Source: an uncultured Actinomycetes bacterium
GTDB taxonomy: Bacteria; Actinomycetota; Actinomycetes; S36-B12; CAIYMF01
NCBI GenBank assembly: GCA_963843975.1
Contig: CAWJMG010000001.1
Span: forward strand, 930,001 to 962,000
Length of the DNA: 32,000 nt
Direction of reading: 5' to 3'
Shown: positions 1-8,139 of the stretch, piece after piece
Position numbering within the stretch: the first letter of the stretch is position 1
How the letters are laid out: every line of letters starts with the position of its first letter
The notes under the pieces: model-generated
The model's input: only the letters and a program-made list of their open reading frames with translations
Told to the model about the DNA's origin: nothing
The model's database searches: none
Program-made: the position numbers and the translations under genes

Positions 1-677
1 CCCACGGCCGGTGTGGTGGCGCGGAACTCGTCGTAGATCGGGTGCTCGTACTTCAAGCAGCACATGAGCCGCCCGCACGCGCCCGAGATCTTCATCGGGT
101 TGGCGGGCAGGTCCTGGTCGCGCGCCATGCGGACTGTGACCGGCTCGAAGTCGACGAGGAACGTCGAGCAGCACGTGTCGCGGCCACAGGAGCCGATGCC
201 GCCTTGCACCCGTGCGTCGTCGCGCGGCGAGAGCTGGGTGAGCACGACCTTCGCGTCGATTGTCTGGGCGAGGTCGCGCACGAGCTGGCGGAAGTCCACG
301 CGGGTCGGCGCGGTGAAGTAGACGGTCGCAGTAGCGCGGCCCGACTCGTGGCCGACGTCCGACCAGTCGACGCCGCTGACCTTCATCGGCAGCTTCGACG
401 CACGGATCAGCTTCTGCACCGCCACCTGGATCTCGGCGCGCTTCTTCTTGTTCGCCTCGTCGCGGCGCTCGTCCTCCTGCGTCGCGCGGCCCGAGCACAC
501 CGGCAGGCCGCCGACGTCGTCGCTCACCCACTCCGGGCCCCACACGACCTGCGCGACCTCCGGCGAGGTCGACGTCGGGAAGAGCACGAGGTCGCCGACC
601 TTCGCCGTGACGTCGCCCGCGTCCAGGTAGTAGAGGCGACCGGCGCGGGTGAACGTCACCGCCATCATCATCGTCAT
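1..677 (-). CDS. PSP1 (RicT/YaaT-like) domain protein, C-terminal end cut by window edge
   Basis: Absent from the ORF track because there is no stop in the window. Reverse-strand translation from ATG at 677 gives MTMMMAVTFTRAGRLYYLDAGD...VYFTAPTRVDFRQLVRDLAQT...GGIGSCGRDTCCSTFLVDFEPVTVRMARDQDLPANPMKISGACGRLMCCLKYEHPIYDEF. This is colinear with B. subtilis YaaT/RicT, including the Cys clusters. AAGGGA RBS lies 8 nt upstream. Confidence 0.85.
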   Translation of the reverse strand, partial: MTMMMAVTFTRAGRLYYLDAGDVTAKVGDLVLFPTSTSPEVAQVVWGPEWVSDDVGGLPVCSGRATQEDERRDEANKKKRAEIQVAVQKLIRASKLPMKVSGVDWSDVGHESGRATATVYFTAPTRVDFRQLVRDLAQTIDAKVVLTQLSPRDDARVQGGIGSCGRDTCCSTFLVDFEPVTVRMARDQDLPANPMKISGACGRLMCCLKYEHPIYDEFRATTPAV

Positions 678-696
678 GCTCGGGATCCCTTGCGCC

Positions 697-1551
697 TCAG
701 CCGATCCGGGCGAGGATCGCGTCGATGAGAGCGTCAGGGTCCTCGTCGGGGATCCAGTGGCCGCGGTCGTTGAGCACGCGCATCTCGAAGTCGTTGCGGC
801 ACCACTCGCCGCAGCCGCGCGCGGCCTGGGCGCCGATGGCGACGTCGTCGTTGCCCCAGACGAACGTCGTCGGCACGTCGACCGCGCCGATCTCCTTGAA
901 CTGGTCGCCGCCCATCGCGGCGTACCACCGCAGCGACGCCTCCATCGCGTCGTCGTCGCTGAAGAACTCGACGTACCGCTCGACGTCGACCTTGTGCACG
1001 GCGTCGCCGTACACCTCGCGCAGGGCCTTGGCGCCGTCGCGGAGGAGGACCTGCGCGGCCTTCCCGGGCGCCTGGCGGAACAGCACCATGTACGCCGACT
1101 TCTTCCACTGCACCGGGTCCGACTTCAGCGCGGCGTTGAACGCCTGCGGGTGCGGCACCGAGACGGCCGTGAGCGTGCGGACGATCTCCGGGCGCTGGGC
1201 TGCGAGCGCCCAGCCGACCACAGCGCCCCAGTCGTGGCCCACGACGTGCGCGCTCTCCCAGCCCAGAGACTCGATCACTCCGGCGGCATCGGCCACGAGG
1301 TAGGGCAGCTGGTACGCCGAGACGTCCTTGGGGCGGGTCTCGGGCGAGTAGCCGCGCTGGTCGACCGCGACGACCTTGCAGCCGGACGACGCGAGAGCCG
1401 GCATCACGGTGGCCCACGACAGCGAGGTCTGCGGCCAGCCGTGCAGCAGCAGCACCGGGATGCCGTCGTCCGGCCCCGCCATCACGGCGTCAAGCACGAC
1501 GGCCCCAAGGACGGGGTCGTCCAGATGCAGCTCCGCGCTCTCCACCGGCAT
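697..1551 (-). CDS. alpha/beta-fold hydrolase (epoxide hydrolase / haloalkane dehalogenase-like)
   Basis: 284-aa ORF. Contains LLLHGWPQT, the nucleophile elbow VGHDWGA (Asp nucleophile type) and a C-terminal RGHW motif. Ends 19 nt upstream of the PSP1 gene on the same strand. Confidence 0.85.
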   Translation of the reverse strand: MPVESAELHLDDPVLGAVVLDAVMAGPDDGIPVLLLHGWPQTSLSWATVMPALASSGCKVVAVDQRGYSPETRPKDVSAYQLPYLVADAAGVIESLGWESAHVVGHDWGAVVGWALAAQRPEIVRTLTAVSVPHPQAFNAALKSDPVQWKKSAYMVLFRQAPGKAAQVLLRDGAKALREVYGDAVHKVDVERYVEFFSDDDAMEASLRWYAAMGGDQFKEIGAVDVPTTFVWGNDDVAIGAQAARGCGEWCRNDFEMRVLNDRGHWIPDEDPDALIDAILARIG

Positions 1552-1574
1552 GCCCCGACCCTACGGGTTAACGA

Positions 1575-1717
1575 TGAAGGGGGCCTTCGTTGCTAAGTGC
1601 GCAACAAACCCGGCATTCACGCCCGGCGCCATCCACAGGGCGGGCAGCCACCGCCCGGTGCGATCCCACCCATGAAGGGTCACTTTGTTGCGCTAGAAGC
1701 AACGAAGGCCCCCTTCA
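1575..1717. repeat. compound inverted repeat: 34-nt arms (30/34 complementary), 75-nt spacer
   Basis: Arm 1 at 1575-1608 is TGAAGGGGGCCTTCGTTGCTAAGTGCGCAACAAA. Arm 2 at 1684-1717 is TTTGTTGCGCTAGAAGCAACGAAGGCCCCCTTCA. Only the central 4 nt fail to pair. Each arm contains GAAGG-N3-CCTTC and GTTGC-N7-GCAAC sub-palindromes. It lies in the divergent intergenic region. Confidence 0.8.
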
Positions 1718-1744
1718 CCGCAATCAGCAGGTCGGGGATCGGGC

Positions 1745-2605
1745 GTGTCACGGGGCGGGGTGCGGGCTTACCGTGGGGGTGTGGGCAAGGACGTCGCCAG
1801 GCTGGCCGAGCGGGTGACCGCGCTCGTGGAGCAGGGCCTCGACGTCGCGGAGGCGTACGCGCTCGCCCAGGGCTCGGGCACCAAGGCCACCCGCGAGCAC
1901 GCCAAGGCGATGGAGGCCCACGCCAAGGCCGTGACCAAGCACCAGAAGCGGGTGGTCGACCTCCGCGCGCGGACGGTCACGAGCACCGCGGTCGCCGCCT
2001 CGGCCGGCACGCTCGGCCTCATCGACGCCGCCACCGTCGCCACCGACAACGGCGTGATCCCCGGAGCGCCGTGGATGTGGCTCCTGGGGTCGGCCCTGTT
2101 CGCCGTCCGCGCGGTCAGCGCTCGCCACCGCGCGCGCACGATCACCCCGCCCGAGCCGCCCACGATGTCGGCCATCACCCGCGCCGACGACCTGCGCCGC
2201 GACGCCATCGGCTACCCCGAGGCCCAGGGTTTCGCCGCCGTACGCCGACAGCTCGTCACGATGGTGCCCGCGGTCGCGTCGCTGCACCCGGACGCCGGCA
2301 AGGAGCTCAAGTCCGCCGACGACGAGGCCGCGCCCGCCTTCACCGCCCAGGTCGCCCGCCTGGCCGTGCTCGACCAGGTACGCCGTGAGCTGCCGGGATC
2401 GACCGCAGCGGTCGCTGCCACCGACGCCGCCGAGCAGGTGCGCGCCCGCCTCGCCCAGGGAGTCGCCGTCTACGACAGGCTGCTCGCCGCGGCCTCCACG
2501 ATGCTCGCCTCACCCGATCTCGGCCGCAGCGGCGACGACGTTCTCGGTCCGGCCGCCGACGCGCTCACGGCCTACGCCGAGGGCCTGCGCACCGCGTCGT
2601 CCTGA
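1745..2605 (+). CDS. hypothetical protein with two predicted hydrophobic segments
   Basis: 286-aa ORF with GC3-rich codon usage. Hydrophobic stretches AVAASAGTLGLIDAATVA and PWMWLLGSALFAVRAV. GGGGA lies 8 nt upstream of GTG 1745. Alternative in-frame GTG starts at 1760 and 1781. No family recognised. Confidence 0.6.
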   Translation: MSRGGVRAYRGGVGKDVARLAERVTALVEQGLDVAEAYALAQGSGTKATREHAKAMEAHAKAVTKHQKRVVDLRARTVTSTAVAASAGTLGLIDAATVATDNGVIPGAPWMWLLGSALFAVRAVSARHRARTITPPEPPTMSAITRADDLRRDAIGYPEAQGFAAVRRQLVTMVPAVASLHPDAGKELKSADDEAAPAFTAQVARLAVLDQVRRELPGSTAAVAATDAAEQVRARLAQGVAVYDRLLAAASTMLASPDLGRSGDDVLGPAADALTAYAEGLRTASS

Positions 2606-2726
2606 CACCTCGCGTCTCACGTGCTCACCACGTATGCGCAGGGCCTGCGCACCGCGTCGTCCTGATTCGCACGTCCCCCGGCGCTCATCGCGTGCGCCGG
2701 GGGCCTACGCACTACGTCGTCCTGAC
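2561..2726 (+). repeat. tandem triplication (period exactly 60 bp) of the 3' end of the 1745..2605 gene, stop codon included
   Basis: Copies at 2561-2606, 2621-2666 and 2681-2726. Copies A and B share the core GGGCCTGCGCACCGCGTCGTCCTGA exactly. Copy C reads GGGCCTACGCACTACGTCGTCCTGA. All are in the same frame, encoding LTAYAEGLRTASS*, LTTYAQGLRTASS* and LIACAGGLRTTSS*. Confidence 0.9.
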
Positions 2727-2878
2727 GGGGCCATGCCGAACCCGCCGGCTCAGCGGGATCACCGTCGCACTGCACCCAGGCTGATGCGCAAGAACGGCCC
2801 TCGATTCGGACATCTGACTGGATGAGGTCAGCTCGCCACCCGCCAAGCGGTCATCTCCCGCACGTACCGACAGATCGC

Positions 2879-2908
2879 TGGACCTCCAATACTAGGATGT
2901 CCTACTAT
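2879..2908 (+). promoter_or_regulatory. candidate icmF promoter with overlapping imperfect palindrome
   Basis: Local AT-rich patch. TGGACC (2879-2884), 18-nt spacer, TACTAT (2903-2908), about 38 nt upstream of GTG 2946. Palindrome TACTAGGATGTCCTACTA (2890-2907) is 14/18 self-complementary. Motif-level evidence only. Confidence 0.3.
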
Positions 2909-2945
2909 TTCTCGACGGCTCCCACCCGCCGCCGAGGAGATCGCC

Positions 2946-5900
2946 GTGAGCCAGCCATCGCTGCACGTCCCGAGCAACCCCGTGCGCTTCGTGACGGCGG
3001 CGAGCCTGTTCGACGGGCACGACGCCGCCATCAACATCATGCGGCGGCTCCTGCAGAGCCAAGGCGCCGAGGTCGTGCACCTCGGCCACGACCGCAGCGT
3101 CGAGGACGTCGTCACCGCTGCGGTGCAGGAGGACGTCCAGGGCATCGCGGTGTCGTCGTACCAGGGCGGCCATGTCGAGTACTTCACCTACCTCGTCGAG
3201 CGCCTGCGCGAGCGCGGCGCCGGCCACGTGAAGGTGTTCGGCGGTGGCGGCGGCGTCATCGTGCCCGAGGAGATCGCGGCGCTCGACGCCGTCGGAGTCC
3301 GCATCTTCTCCCCCGCCGACGGCCAACGCCTCGGCCTCCCCGGCATGATCAACGAGCTCATCCGCACCTGCGACGTCGACCTCGCGAGCGGCGACGTCGA
3401 CGCCACCGCCCTGCGCACCGGCGACGTCACCGCGCTCGCTCGTGCCCTCACCGTCCTCGAGTCGGGACGTCGCCCGGAACTGGCCGCGGAACTGCGCGAC
3501 GCGGCCGCCCAGCACCACGCTCCTGTCCTCGGCATCACCGGCACCGGCGGCTCAGGCAAGTCGTCGCTCACCGACGAGCTCGTACGTCGTCTGCGCCGCG
3601 ACAGCCAGGACAAGCTCCGCATCGCGGTCCTGGCCGTCGACCCCACTCGCCGCCGCGGCGGCGGCGCCCTGCTCGGCGACCGCATCCGCATGAACTCGAT
3701 CGATCCCGACGTCGTCTTCTTCCGCTCGTTCGCCACGCGCGACGCGAACACGGTCGTGCCGGCGTCGCTCGACGACGCCGTCGCCGCCTGCCGCGCGGCC
3801 GGCTACGACCTCGTCATCGTCGAGACGCCCGGCATCGGGCAGGGCGACGTCGCGATCTCGTCGCACGCGGACGTGAGCCTCTACGTCATGACGCCGGAGT
3901 ACGGCGCCGCCTCGCAGCTCGAGAAGATCGACATGCTCGACTTCGCCGACGTCGTGGCGGTCAACAAGTTCGAGCGTCGCGGTGCCGAGGACGCGCGCCG
4001 AGACGTGGCCCGTCAGATGGTGCGCAACCGCGAGGCGTTCGGCACGCCGTGGGAGGACATGCCCGTCTTCGGCACGAGCGCAGCGCGTTTCGACGACGAC
4101 GGCGTGACCGCGCTCTACCAAGAGCTGAAGGGCCTGCTCGCCGCGAAGGGCCTGCGCGCGTTCGACGGCACGCTCGCGCCTGTGACGACGCGCTTCTCGA
4201 CACACATCGCGCGCGTGCTGCCGCGCGGCCGCGAGCACTACCTCGCCGAGATCGCCGGCACCGTGCGGGGCTACCACGCGGACACCGAGCGCCTCACCGA
4301 GCTGGCACGTCGGTCGCAGCAGCTCACCGCCACGCGAGAGCTGCTCGCCACCGAGGGAGAGACCACCGCTGCCGCAGCCGTCACCCGTCTGCTCGACGGA
4401 GTGCAGGAGTCGATGCCCGCGTCGGTGCGCGAGCTGCTCGACGCCTGGCCGGCCGTGAAGGCGTCGTACACCGGCGACCACCAGGTGTACGTCGTGCGCG
4501 GCCGCGAGATCACCACGCCGCTCACCCGCGAGACGCTCTCGGGCAGCCATGTCCCGCGCGTCGCCCTTCCTCCGGACGACGACCAAGGCTCGCTGCTGCA
4601 CTTCCTGCGCAAGGAGAACCTGCCCGGCAGCTTCCCGTTCACCGCCGGCGTCTTCCCGTTCAAGCGCGCGGGTGAGGCGCCCGCGCGCATGTTCGCCGGC
4701 GAGGGCGACCCGGCCCGCACCAACCGACGCTTCCACCTGCTGTCGCAGGGCCAGCCGGCGACGCGCCTGTCGACGGCGTTCGACTCCGTCACGCTCTACG
4801 GCCGCGACCCGGCGCCGCAGCCCGACGTCTACGGCAAGGTCGGCACGTCCGGCGTCAGCGTCGCGACCCTCGACGACATGAAGGGCCTCTACGCGGGCTT
4901 CGACCTGTGCTCGCCGACCACGTCGGTGTCGATGACGATCAACGGCCCCGCGCCCACGATCCTGGCGATGTACTTCAACACCGCGATCGACCAGCAGCTC
5001 GACCGCTTCCGTACTGACCAGGGCCGCGAGCCCGACGACGCCGAGCGCGAGGAGGTCGTCGCGCGCACGGTGTCGACAGTCCGCGGCACGGTGCAGGCCG
5101 ACATCCTCAAGGAGGACCAGGGCCAGAACACCTGCATCTTCTCGACCGAGTTCTCGCTGCGCGCGATGGCCGACATCCAGCAGTGGTTCATCGAGCGCGA
5201 GGTGCGCAACTTCTACTCGGTCAGCATCTCCGGATACCACATCGCCGAGGCTGGGGCGAACCCCATCAGCCAGCTCGCCTTCACGCTGTCGAACGGGTTC
5301 ACGTACGTCGAGTCGTACCTCGCCCGTGGCATGGACGTGAACGACTTCGCGCCCAACCTGTCGTTCTTCTTCAGCAACGGCATGGACGCCGAGTACACGG
5401 TGATCGGCCGTGTCGCTCGTCGCATCTGGGCCGTGGCGATGAAGGAGAAGTACGGCGCGGACGAGCGCGCGCAGAAGCTGAAGTACCACGTGCAGACGAG
5501 CGGCCGCTCACTGCACGCGCAGGAGATGGACTTCAACGACATCCGCACCACGCTGCAGGCGCTCTGCGCGCTCTACGACAACGCGAACTCCCTGCACACC
5601 AACGCCTATGACGAGGCGGTCACCACGCCGTCCGAGTCGTCGGTGCGGCGTGCGCTCGCGATCCAGATGATCATCGACAAGGAGTGGGGCCTGTCGATGA
5701 ACGAGAACCCGCTGCAGGGCTCGTACGTCGTCGAGCAGCTCACCGACCTCGTCGAGGAGGCCGTGCTCGCGGAGTTCGAGCGCATCTCCGACCGCGGCGG
5801 CGTGCTCGGCGCGATGGAGACCGGCTACCAGCGCGGCAAGATCCAGGACGAGTCGATGCTCTACGAGCACCGCAAGCACGACGGCTCGCTGCCGATCATC

Positions 5901-6188
5901 GGCGTCAACACGTTCCTCGCGCCAACGATGTCCGACGACGGCGCCGCGCACGGCCTCGAGCTCGCGCGCGCGACCGATGCCGAGAAGGAGTCGCAGCTCG
6001 CTCGTCTGCGCGCGTTCCAGGAGAGGCACCAGACCGAGGCCCCGGCCGCGCTCGCCGCACTTCAGGAGGCGGCGACGTCGGGAGGCAACCTGTTCGAGGC
6101 GCTGCTGACGGCGGTGCGGGTCTGCTCGCTCGGCCAGATCACGCAGGCGCTCTTCGACGTCGGCGGGCAGTTCCGCCGTACCGTCTGA
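2946..6188 (+). CDS. icmF: fused isobutyryl-CoA mutase (B12-binding domain + MeaB-like GTPase + mutase catalytic domain)
   Basis: 1080 aa. N-terminal B12 domain: FVTAASLFDGHDAAINIMRR. G-domain P-loop GITGTGGSGKSS, plus VETPGIGQGD and NKFERR. Large C-terminal acyl-CoA mutase domain: FPFTAGVFPFKR, TSGRSLHAQE. GAGGAG RBS precedes the GTG. Confidence 0.95.
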   Translation: MSQPSLHVPSNPVRFVTAASLFDGHDAAINIMRRLLQSQGAEVVHLGHDRSVEDVVTAAVQEDVQGIAVSSYQGGHVEYFTYLVERLRERGAGHVKVFGGGGGVIVPEEIAALDAVGVRIFSPADGQRLGLPGMINELIRTCDVDLASGDVDATALRTGDVTALARALTVLESGRRPELAAELRDAAAQHHAPVLGITGTGGSGKSSLTDELVRRLRRDSQDKLRIAVLAVDPTRRRGGGALLGDRIRMNSIDPDVVFFRSFATRDANTVVPASLDDAVAACRAAGYDLVIVETPGIGQGDVAISSHADVSLYVMTPEYGAASQLEKIDMLDFADVVAVNKFERRGAEDARRDVARQMVRNREAFGTPWEDMPVFGTSAARFDDDGVTALYQELKGLLAAKGLRAFDGTLAPVTTRFSTHIARVLPRGREHYLAEIAGTVRGYHADTERLTELARRSQQLTATRELLATEGETTAAAAVTRLLDGVQESMPASVRELLDAWPAVKASYTGDHQVYVVRGREITTPLTRETLSGSHVPRVALPPDDDQGSLLHFLRKENLPGSFPFTAGVFPFKRAGEAPARMFAGEGDPARTNRRFHLLSQGQPATRLSTAFDSVTLYGRDPAPQPDVYGKVGTSGVSVATLDDMKGLYAGFDLCSPTTSVSMTINGPAPTILAMYFNTAIDQQLDRFRTDQGREPDDAEREEVVARTVSTVRGTVQADILKEDQGQNTCIFSTEFSLRAMADIQQWFIEREVRNFYSVSISGYHIAEAGANPISQLAFTLSNGFTYVESYLARGMDVNDFAPNLSFFFSNGMDAEYTVIGRVARRIWAVAMKEKYGADERAQKLKYHVQTSGRSLHAQEMDFNDIRTTLQALCALYDNANSLHTNAYDEAVTTPSESSVRRALAIQMIIDKEWGLSMNENPLQGSYVVEQLTDLVEEAVLAEFERISDRGGVLGAMETGYQRGKIQDESMLYEHRKHDGSLPIIGVNTFLAPTMSDDGAAHGLELARATDAEKESQLARLRAFQERHQTEAPAALAALQEAATSGGNLFEALLTAVRVCSLGQITQALFDVGGQFRRTV

Positions 6189-6253
6189 CGTCCCGAACCA
6201 ACCCACCACCGAGGAGCTCCTTCCGTGCAGCGCGACGACCGACAGTCACGCGG

Positions 6254-6931
6254 ATGAGGCTCACGCTCGTCCGTCACGGCCAGAGCCCCTCCAACCTCGA
6301 GACCCGCCTCGACAGCGCGGCTCCGGGACCGTCGTTGACCGCGCTGGGCGCCTCCCAGGCAGCAGCGCTCCCGGAGCGCATCAGAGGCCCCGTCGACGTG
6401 CTGTACACCTCCCACCTCACGCGCGCCCAGGAGACGGCGGCCCCGCTCGCCGCCGCGCACGGCGTCACGCCGCTGGTCCGTGAGGGGCTGCGCGAGGTAG
6501 TCGCCGGGGATCTTGAGATGCGCAACGACCCGGAGGCGCTCGTCGCGTACCGCACGGCGTTCTTGGCGTGGTCGCGCGGCGAGCTCGAGCCACGCATCCC
6601 CGGCGGTGAGGACGGCCACGAGACGCTGGCACGGTACGACGCCGTGGTCGCCGAGGCCGTGGAGTCGGGGGCCGAGCACGCCGTCCTCGTGACGCACGGC
6701 GCCGTCGTGCGGACCTGGGTCGGTGCACGGGCCGTCAACGTCAGCGGGTTCCACGGCGACCCGCGCCTCCCGAACACGGGCGTCGTGGAGCTCCACCGCA
6801 CCGAGGCGGGCACCTGGGTTCTGGACAGCTGGGACAGCCTCACCCCCGACGAGCTCGCGCCGTTCTCCGTGCCCATCGACGCCGACGATCTGTACGACCG
6901 GTTGTCGTTCGTCGACCAGAAGCACGCCTGA
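6254..6931 (+). CDS. histidine phosphatase family (phosphoglycerate mutase-like) protein
   Basis: MRLTLVRHGQSPSN (RHG catalytic motif), SHLTRAQETA, LVTHGAVVR. ATG 6254 is chosen inside the longer ORF 5684..6931, whose upstream part overlaps icmF and is Arg-rich junk. Confidence 0.85.
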   Translation: MRLTLVRHGQSPSNLETRLDSAAPGPSLTALGASQAAALPERIRGPVDVLYTSHLTRAQETAAPLAAAHGVTPLVREGLREVVAGDLEMRNDPEALVAYRTAFLAWSRGELEPRIPGGEDGHETLARYDAVVAEAVESGAEHAVLVTHGAVVRTWVGARAVNVSGFHGDPRLPNTGVVELHRTEAGTWVLDSWDSLTPDELAPFSVPIDADDLYDRLSFVDQKHA

Positions 6932-6954
6932 CCCGGGCCTGCGCCTCCGCAGTC

Positions 6955-8139
6955 TCAGACGAGGCTGGGGTCGCGCAGGCTGACCGTGAGCGACTCGAAG
7001 GCCAGCAGCGGCGCGACGTTGGCCTCGAGAAGGTTGCGCGTGCGCTCGAGCGCGTCGACCCGGCGCAGCGTGTCCTCGGGTGACGACTCCGCCGCGACCC
7101 GCTCGATCTGCGGACGCATCTCGTCGTTGACGAGAGGCGACGCGGCACCGAGCTGCACGACCAGGACGTCGCGGTAGAACGCGATGAGGTCGACGATCGC
7201 GCGGTCGAGCTGGTCGCGCACGACGCGGCGGCGGCGGCGCTTCTGCCGGTCCTCGAGCGCCTTGAGCGCACCCTTCGCGCGGCGCTCGACGGTGCCGATG
7301 CCGCGGCCCTCCGAGCCCTCGCCGTACGCCGCGCGGAGCGCCTGCATCTCGTCGGCGTCGAGCGGGTCGCAGATCGACGCGGCGTCCTCGGTGACGGTCG
7401 CGACGAGGTCGCTGGCGAGCGCGAGGCAGGCGCCGAGGTCGCGCAGCTGGCTCGGGATGCGCAGCACGTCCTGGCGACGCAGGCGGGCGCTCTCGTCGGT
7501 GGCGAGCGCGCGGGCCCGGCCGATGTGGCCCTGGGCGGCGCGCGCGGCGAAGGACGCCATCGCGGCGTCGACTCCGAGCACGCGCTGCAGGGCGTCGGCG
7601 ACCTCGGCGGTCGTGGGCGTCGCGAGCATGAGGTGGCGGCAGCGCGAGCGGATCGTGGGCAGCACGTCCTCGGTGCTCGGTGCGCACAGGATCCACACCG
7701 TGCCAGGCGTGGGCTCCTCGATCGACTTGAGCAGCGTGTTGGCGCTCTCGGGGTTGAGGCGGTCGGCGTCCTCGAGCACGAACACGTGCCAGGGCGCGCG
7801 CGACGGCGAGATGTTCGACCGGCGTACGAGCTCGCGGGTCTCATCGACGGCGTACGTGACCGACTCGGGCACGACGTGCTCGACGTCGACGTGCGCGGAG
7901 TGCCTGACGGAGACGCACTCCTGGCAGGTGCCGCAGCCACCGTTGGGGCAGACGAGCGCCGCGGCGAAGGCGAGCGCCGCCGTGCTGCGACCGGACCCGG
8001 GCGGGCCGGTGATCAGCCACGCGTGCGTCATCGACGTCGAGTGGCGGCCGGCGCGCGCCTCAGGGGCGTCGGCTGCCGCAGCGCGCAGGAGCGCCACGGC
8101 GTTGTCCTGCCCGACGAGCTGGCTGAATACGTCGCTCAC
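6955..8139 (-). CDS. holB: DNA polymerase III subunit delta prime
   Basis: 394 aa. WLITGPPGSGRSTAALAFAAALVCPNGGCGTCQECVSV (AAA+ P-loop plus Zn-module Cys). Its GTG start overlaps the tmk stop (GTGA). Confidence 0.9.
   Translation of the reverse strand: MSDVFSQLVGQDNAVALLRAAAADAPEARAGRHSTSMTHAWLITGPPGSGRSTAALAFAAALVCPNGGCGTCQECVSVRHSAHVDVEHVVPESVTYAVDETRELVRRSNISPSRAPWHVFVLEDADRLNPESANTLLKSIEEPTPGTVWILCAPSTEDVLPTIRSRCRHLMLATPTTAEVADALQRVLGVDAAMASFAARAAQGHIGRARALATDESARLRRQDVLRIPSQLRDLGACLALASDLVATVTEDAASICDPLDADEMQALRAAYGEGSEGRGIGTVERRAKGALKALEDRQKRRRRRVVRDQLDRAIVDLIAFYRDVLVVQLGAASPLVNDEMRPQIERVAAESSPEDTLRRVDALERTRNLLEANVAPLLAFESLTVSLRDPSLV

Noticed and set aside
2604-2666. Possibility that the repeated in-frame TGA codons are selenocysteine or programmed readthrough sites. 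A small ACGTG-ctcac-CACGT hairpin lies 14 nt after the first TGA.
   Set aside because: The hairpin is short and lacks the features of bacterial SECIS elements. Nothing else suggests a selenoprotein. It is kept only as a remark inside the tandem-repeat finding.
2606-2945. Cobalamin riboswitch upstream of the B12-dependent icmF
   Set aside because: I could not find a B12-box-like core or the expected multi-helix arrangement. The region is dominated by the tandem repeat and a promoter-like patch.
2822-5489. Long alternative-frame and antisense ORFs over icmF (2822..4675 plus, 3552..5489 minus)
   Set aside because: They overlap a 1080-aa gene with unambiguous domain motifs. The translations are Arg/Pro-rich low-complexity sequence.
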